From contig DKAR01000108.1 of the NCBI GenBank assembly GCA_002450895.1, forward strand, positions 169 through 64,168: 64,000 bases of DNA. Reading direction: 5' to 3'. This document shows, piece by piece, positions 61,150 through 64,000 of this stretch. How positions within the stretch are numbered: the stretch's first letter is position 1; each line of letters starts with the position of its first letter. The notes beneath the pieces are model-generated. The model saw nothing but the letters and a program-made list of their open reading frames with translations, ran no database searches and had not been told where the DNA came from. Origin of the DNA: Proteobacteria bacterium UBA6921 (GTDB taxonomy: Bacteria > Pseudomonadota > Gammaproteobacteria > SG8-11). Position numbers and translations under genes: made by a program.

Positions 61150-64000
61150 ATGGCATCCGGTTCAATTGATATCAAAGCCCTGAACTGGCTCAAGGGTGAA
61201 ATTGGCGAAACGCTCGACAACGTGCGTCAGGCGCTCGAGGTTTATGTTGAGAAGCAGGAAGCCGCGAAGCTTGACTTCATCATCGCGAACCTGCACCAGA
61301 TCACAGGCACACTGCACATCGTCGAATTATTCGGCCCCGCGCTGCTTTCCGAGGAAATGGAAAACCTTGCCCGCGCCTTGAAAAACGGCCAGGTGAAGCA
61401 GGCGCAGGATGCTTTTGAAACGCTGACGCGCGGCATACTGCAATTGCCCGCCTACCTTGAACATTTGCGACTTGGCAATCCGGATCAGCCGATCGTTTTG
61501 CTTTCGTTGCTCAACGATATTCGTGCGGCCTACGGGCAACACCTGCTTTCAGAAAGCAGCATGTTTTCCCCGGATCTCGAAATCTATCCGGACGGAAGTC
61601 CGGATGCGGAAGCCCCTGCTGACATTCGCCCGACCGCCAAGAAGCTGCGCACCGTTTTCCAGACCGCGCTGCTTGGATGGTTCCGCGATGCGGAATCGAC
61701 GAAACACCTGCGCAAACTGTCGTTCGTAATTTCGCAGCTGGAATCCGCCTCGCGCAGCGCGCCTGCCCGCCAGCTGTGGTGGATTGCGCAAGGCGTGGTG
61801 GAAGCGCTCGCCGACAAGGCCATCGATAGCACGGTTTCGATCAAGTCGCTGATGGGACAGATCGACCGCCAGATCAAGCGCGTTGTTTCCGGAGGCGATT
61901 CCGCGATCGAGAAGGATCGCCCGACCGATCTGTTGAAGAATCTGCTCTTTTACGTTGCGCAGGCCGGCACGCCCGGGACCCGTGCGTCTGAAATCCAGAA
62001 ACGATTCAAGCTGCGTGAGCTGTTGCCCACCGCAGGCGACCTGAGCAGGACACAAGGTGACCTGCTGGGTGCAGGTTCCGGTGTCATGGACAATGTCGCG
62101 GGCGCCATTCGCGAGGACGTACTGTCACTCAAGGATGCCATCGATCTGTTCGTTCGTTCCAAAGACCATCCGATTGCCGAACTCGAACCGGTGGCAACCA
62201 AACTTCGCACCATCGCCGACACACTCGGAATTCTCGGGCTGGGCAAACTGCGAAAGTCTGTTAAGGATCAGGAAGCGGTACTGAAAGAGTTGCTCGACGG
62301 CGTACGACCGCTGTCGGACGACGCGGTCATGAACATCGCCAGCACTTTGCTGTACGTTGAGTCGTCACTGACCAACCTGCATCGCGGCGACTCCGAAGTT
62401 CCGGACAGCAACGAGGAGCGTACCGAATCGCCGTTGCCCGATAGCGAATATCGCGCACTGGTCAATCATACGGTCGGTGAAGCTCGCGTTGTCCTGGCCA
62501 AGATCAAGGATCATATCGTTCAGTTCCTCGCCTCGCCTGGCGCGTTCGACATTCTCGAGCCGGTGCCAGCGCTCGCAAACGACATCAAGGGCGCGTTGTC
62601 GGTAATGGGATATAGCCGAGCCGCAGATCTACTGTCGCTGGCGTCGCAATTTGTCAGCGAAAAGATCCTGGCGACACGTGTCGAGATCCAACAGCAGCAA
62701 CTGGACGCCCTCGCCGATGCGATTACCGGTGTCGAGTACTTCCTGGAAAACGTGGAAGACGACCCGATCGGCTCCAACAACAGCCTGGTACTGGCGGCCG
62801 ATGCGCTGCGCAAACTGGGCATGCAGGTTCCGGCAGGCATGGGATCTGTTGCTGACATTCCGGACATGGCTCCGCCCAAAACGGCACCCGCCAAGGAAAT
62901 ATCGAAAGACACCAAAGAAGCGACGAAAGAAAAGAAATCAAAGAAGAAATCAGCGGAACCCGCGCCGCCTGTTGAGGCGAAAAAAGCCCAACCCGCGCCT
63001 GCGCCGCCGAAGCCTGCCGCGGCGTCCGCGCTGCCGCCGGAAGTCGACGAGGAAGTCCGCGAGATTTTTCTCGAAGAGGCCACCGAAGAGTCCGCGAGCA
63101 TCAATACGAATCTTGTCGCGTGGAAGAGGAACCTGGAAGACAACGACGCGCTGCGCACGTTGCGTCGATCGTTCCACACCGTAAAAGGCAGTGGGCGCAT
63201 TGTCGGCGCCATGGAGATCGGCGAATTCGCGTGGTCCGTCGAGAACATGCTGAACCGGGTTATTGATCGCACGGTACAGGCAACGCCTGCCGTATTTGAC
63301 GTACTCGAAGAAGCTGCGGAGCTGTTGCCCAAACTCATCGAAGAACTGCGCGCCAACACCAGTGGTGGTGTCCTCGTTGCGCCCCTGATCGAAAACGCAC
63401 ATCGGATCGCGCGCGGCGAACCGCCGTTGAAGCGTACGGCGCAGCCCGCGGCTGCCTCGGTCGCACAGACCGAAACGCCCGCGCCAGCCACGCCGGTGGT
63501 TGAAGAAATTACGCTTGACGCCACTCCGGCACAGGAGCCGGAAATTATCGCGTCGGAACCGGTTGTCGCGGAAGAGGCCCCGCTGGTCGAAGAAATCACC
63601 GTGTCCGACGAACTCGTCTTTGCGGACGAACCGGAGCCGGCAACGGTCGCGGAAGAAGAATCTGCGGATTCAATCGATCCGGTCCTGGCAGAGATATTCG
63701 CGAACGAAGCGCACGCGCATCTCTCGGCGCTGGACAATTTTATCGCCGAGTGCCGGAACGCGACTGCACCCTGCAACGTGAATGAGAGCGTAATTCGAGC
63801 GCTGCATACACTGACCGGCAGTTCGCACCTGGCCAACATCGGCGCCATTGCCGAGTTGGCCGATGCGCTCGAAAAGCTTGCCAAGGCGATGTTTGAAAAC
63901 CGCACGGCCATTGGGCCGGCTGCGCAGGATGTCATGGTCGAGAGCATCGCGTATTTTCGGGATGCAATCGGTCAGCTTGGAAATCTGTCGCCGCTGCGAC
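61150..64000 (+). CDS. chpA: chemosensory histidine kinase ChpA, N-terminal part (multiple Hpt domains and linkers; gene continues past the window end)
   Basis: The ORF is open to the window end. Hpt-like motifs (NLHQITGTLHIVEL, SFHTVKGSGRIVGA, ALHTLTGSSHLANIG) and K/P/A-rich and acidic linkers are present. The ORF track shows only spurious antisense ORFs here. Confidence 0.85.
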   Translation, partial: MASGSIDIKALNWLKGEIGETLDNVRQALEVYVEKQEAAKLDFIIANLHQITGTLHIVELFGPALLSEEMENLARALKNGQVKQAQDAFETLTRGILQLPAYLEHLRLGNPDQPIVLLSLLNDIRAAYGQHLLSESSMFSPDLEIYPDGSPDAEAPADIRPTAKKLRTVFQTALLGWFRDAESTKHLRKLSFVISQLESASRSAPARQLWWIAQGVVEALADKAIDSTVSIKSLMGQIDRQIKRVVSGGDSAIEKDRPTDLLKNLLFYVAQAGTPGTRASEIQKRFKLRELLPTAGDLSRTQGDLLGAGSGVMDNVAGAIREDVLSLKDAIDLFVRSKDHPIAELEPVATKLRTIADTLGILGLGKLRKSVKDQEAVLKELLDGVRPLSDDAVMNIASTLLYVESSLTNLHRGDSEVPDSNEERTESPLPDSEYRALVNHTVGEARVVLAKIKDHIVQFLASPGAFDILEPVPALANDIKGALSVMGYSRAADLLSLASQFVSEKILATRVEIQQQQLDALADAITGVEYFLENVEDDPIGSNNSLVLAADALRKLGMQVPAGMGSVADIPDMAPPKTAPAKEISKDTKEATKEKKSKKKSAEPAPPVEAKKAQPAPAPPKPAAASALPPEVDEEVREIFLEEATEESASINTNLVAWKRNLEDNDALRTLRRSFHTVKGSGRIVGAMEIGEFAWSVENMLNRVIDRTVQATPAVFDVLEEAAELLPKLIEELRANTSGGVLVAPLIENAHRIARGEPPLKRTAQPAAASVAQTETPAPATPVVEEITLDATPAQEPEIIASEPVVAEEAPLVEEITVSDELVFADEPEPATVAEEESADSIDPVLAEIFANEAHAHLSALDNFIAECRNATAPCNVNESVIRALHTLTGSSHLANIGAIAELADALEKLAKAMFENRTAIGPAAQDVMVESIAYFRDAIGQLGNLSPLR

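Noticed and set aside
62520-63947. 475-aa Ser/Ala-rich ORF on the minus strand
   Set aside because: It lies antisense within chpA. Its low-complexity translation reflects the complement of the chpA linker regions.

Overview
This is a high-GC (~60%) gammaproteobacterial chromosomal segment that is densely packed with housekeeping genes. Gene order repeatedly matches the Pseudomonas-type arrangement: gpmI-envC-ctpA, rph-rdgB, rpmB-rpmG, bioBFHCD, rpoH-ftsXEY, dut-algC, argB, proC-yggT-yggU, yggS-pilT-pilU, pyrR-pyrB-pyrC', ruvX-yqgE-tonB3 and pilGHIJK-chpA. The protein sequences themselves are too divergent for the organism to be a Pseudomonas. I found no CRISPR arrays, tRNAs, transposases, integrases or prophage genes. 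The interest lies in several accessory insertions into conserved synteny. Between tonB3 and the twitching-motility chemosensory operon sits an ApbE flavin-transferase lipoprotein with a NusG-II-like (DUF1312) protein, a Gx-transporter-like membrane protein and an unusual putative glutamate-cysteine ligase. A hexaheme c-type cytochrome lipoprotein with an Ig-like N-domain is wedged between proC and yggS. A lone bacterial dynamin-like GTPase lies next to a SAM-dependent methyltransferase. A low-GC gene encoding a secreted protein with two tandem TonB-C domains is translationally coupled to a pyrK-like gene. A methyl-accepting chemoreceptor is paired divergently with a receiver plus degenerate-GGDEF protein that keeps its I-site, and both are inserted between algC and argB. 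An exonuclease-III-family protein resembling Pseudomonas Crc, with catalytic residues intact, is adjacent to pyrE. A complete mrpABCDEFG operon is preceded by CaCA and TauE transporters. All coordinates and calls come from reading the ORF translations and DNA; no database search was possible.
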